This document shows, piece by piece, positions 54,587 to 56,040 of a stretch of DNA of 56,040 bases. Below the pieces are notes generated by a model. It made no database searches. It was not told the DNA's origin and saw nothing but the letters and a program-made list of their open reading frames with translations. Origin of the DNA: an uncultured Gemmatimonadota bacterium (lineage in GTDB: Bacteria; GCA-2686955); NCBI GenBank assembly GCA_964490075.1, contig CAZBBK010000036.1, forward strand, positions 1-56,040, in the 5' to 3' direction. Position numbers and translations under genes: made by a program. How positions within the stretch are numbered: position 1 is the first letter of the stretch; each line of letters opens with the position of its first letter.

Positions 54587-55870
54587 ATGTCCCGTCGCTC
54601 TGCCCTGGTCCTCGTGGCCCTGCTCTTCCCCTTCGCCGCCCCCCCGGCGCGGGCCGTGGTCCCCGAAGTGGTCGAAGCGCTCACCGCCGACGACGTGGTG
54701 CTGCGCATGGTCCGCTACCCCAACCCGGGCGCGGTGCCGCTGATCTTGCAGACCGGCTTCACCGCCAACCACCTGGCGATGGATCTGCCGGTCGAGGGGT
54801 ATTCGATCGCCCAGTGGTTCCACGAGCGCGGCTACGACGTCTACGCGACCAATCTGCGCGGCCACGGTGAAGGCGAGATCCGCTCCGACGCTCCGGGGGA
54901 CTGTCGCTGGACCTTCGACGATTTCGTCGCCTACGACGCGCAGGCGATCATCGAGCGGGTGACCGAGCTTTCCGGATCCGCGCCCTACTGGATCGGCCAC
55001 TCGATGGGGGGCATGGTCGCCTACGGCTACCTGCAGGGTGCCCACTACGAGGATGTCGTGGTCGACCGGGAGTGGGTGCGGCACGGCCTCTTCGACTGGG
55101 AGCTGGTCGATGTGCTGGCGCCGCGCATCGTCGCCGATCCCGCGCTGGCGGCGGACCGGCAGGCCGGCCTGGCGGGACTGGTGACCATCTCGGCGCCGCC
55201 GCGCGCCGCCTGGGAGGTCTACGTCACCTGGTGGAACTGGCCCTTCCTGCTCTTCGACGTCGACAAGTTCTGGGCCTACAACCTGATCATCGATCAGTTG
55301 GCGCACGACACCTACGCCCAGATCGCGGTGTCTCTGCTCACCTGCGTCCCGATCGAGGACGTGGTCGAGTTCATGACCGTCGACATCCGCGATATCCCCT
55401 TCGTGGGGGAGCTCCTGGCCGACTTCCTGGAGTGGGTCTTCGACGTGGTGGCGACCAGCTTCCTGCTGGTCGACATCTTCAATCCCGACAACATGGACCA
55501 GGAAGTGATCGACGTGTTCGTGGCGCGCGGCTTCGACAACATCTCGGCGCAGGTGACGCAGCAGTTCATGCAGAGCGTGCGCAAGCACGGGCTGCGCGCC
55601 TTCGACCACCGCGACGCGCTGCACACGCCCTACCGCTACGGCAACGAGATGGCGACGATTTCGCTGCCCGTGCTCTTCGTCAGCGGCGAGTACGACAAGC
55701 TGGCCAACGACCGCATCATTCGAAAGTACGGTTACAACACTGTGCGGAGCGAGGACCGCACCCTGCGGCGGGTGCTCGGCCACGGCCACGGCGACATCGT
55801 GCTCGGCGTCGACGCATTCGAGCAGACCTGGGAGCCGGTGGAGAGCTGGATCGCGGCGCGGGGGGAGTAG
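54587..55870 (+). CDS. Secreted alpha/beta-fold hydrolase (lipase/esterase-like)
   Basis: AGGAGG RBS; signal peptide ending ARA; GYDVY..NLRGHG, nucleophile elbow GHSMGG, SGEYD, GHGDIVLG. Confidence 0.88.
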   Translation: MSRRSALVLVALLFPFAAPPARAVVPEVVEALTADDVVLRMVRYPNPGAVPLILQTGFTANHLAMDLPVEGYSIAQWFHERGYDVYATNLRGHGEGEIRSDAPGDCRWTFDDFVAYDAQAIIERVTELSGSAPYWIGHSMGGMVAYGYLQGAHYEDVVVDREWVRHGLFDWELVDVLAPRIVADPALAADRQAGLAGLVTISAPPRAAWEVYVTWWNWPFLLFDVDKFWAYNLIIDQLAHDTYAQIAVSLLTCVPIEDVVEFMTVDIRDIPFVGELLADFLEWVFDVVATSFLLVDIFNPDNMDQEVIDVFVARGFDNISAQVTQQFMQSVRKHGLRAFDHRDALHTPYRYGNEMATISLPVLFVSGEYDKLANDRIIRKYGYNTVRSEDRTLRRVLGHGHGDIVLGVDAFEQTWEPVESWIAARGE

Positions 55871-55875
55871 GGACG

Positions 55876-55898
55876 GCCGGGGCGGCAACAGCCCCGGC
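55876..55898. terminator. Hairpin between convergent genes, possible terminator
   Basis: GCCGGGGC-ggcaaca-GCCCCGGC; no U-tract. Confidence 0.4.
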
Positions 55899-55906
55899 AG
55901 GACGAG

Positions 55907-56040
55907 TCACTCGCCGCCGAGCTCCGCCTCCCCCAGCCGCGCCCACCACAGCACCTCGATCTCGATCTCCTCCACGGCGGTTCCTGCGGCGAGCCGCAGG
56001 ATGTGGGGCCCGGGGTCGGAGTCGGCGGGGACCTCGAAGC
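55907..56040 (-). CDS. 3' end of a CDS entering from the right edge; product unknown
   Basis: Open frame FEVPADSDPGPHILRLAAGTAVEEIEIEVLWWARLGEAELGGE* with GC3-rich codons. Confidence 0.55.
   Translation of the reverse strand, partial: FEVPADSDPGPHILRLAAGTAVEEIEIEVLWWARLGEAELGGE

Noticed and set aside
1-56040. CRISPR arrays, tRNA/rRNA, transposases, integrases, toxin-antitoxin or defence genes
   Set aside because: None seen. Nearly all of the window is accounted for by the CDSs listed.

Overview
GC-rich bacterial chromosomal window from a diderm (it encodes flagellar L and P rings and a secretin) with three blocks. (1) 511-3157 (+): menaquinone genes ubiE/menG, mqnP and mqnA. The mqnA ORF runs in frame into a C-terminal type IVb (Flp/Tad) prepilin motif, G|QSITEF plus a hydrophobic helix. 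(2) 3474-14939 (+): a tad/Flp pilus locus behind a sigma-54 promoter. It has two Flp pilins, a prepilin peptidase, three pseudopilins, CpaB, a secretin, an FHA-fused TadA ATPase, TadB, TadC, DUF192 and a double-FHA membrane protein, and is followed by mtnP (14949-15830). The architecture resembles the Kil contact-killing Tad system of predatory bacteria. (3) 15813-54334 (-): a ~38.5 kb flagellar cluster from flgB to fliW, with no flagellin, fliD, fliS, flgM or csrA. It has two sigma-54 promoters, each preceded by a matching pair of CGGCA-N5-TGCCG-like enhancer sites, two sigma-28-like promoters, a four-hairpin leader before a 909-aa FlgE, and several uncharacterised genes. A secreted alpha/beta hydrolase and a partial CDS end the window. 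I saw no rRNA, tRNA, CRISPR or mobile element. All product calls come from motif recognition by eye; no database search was run.
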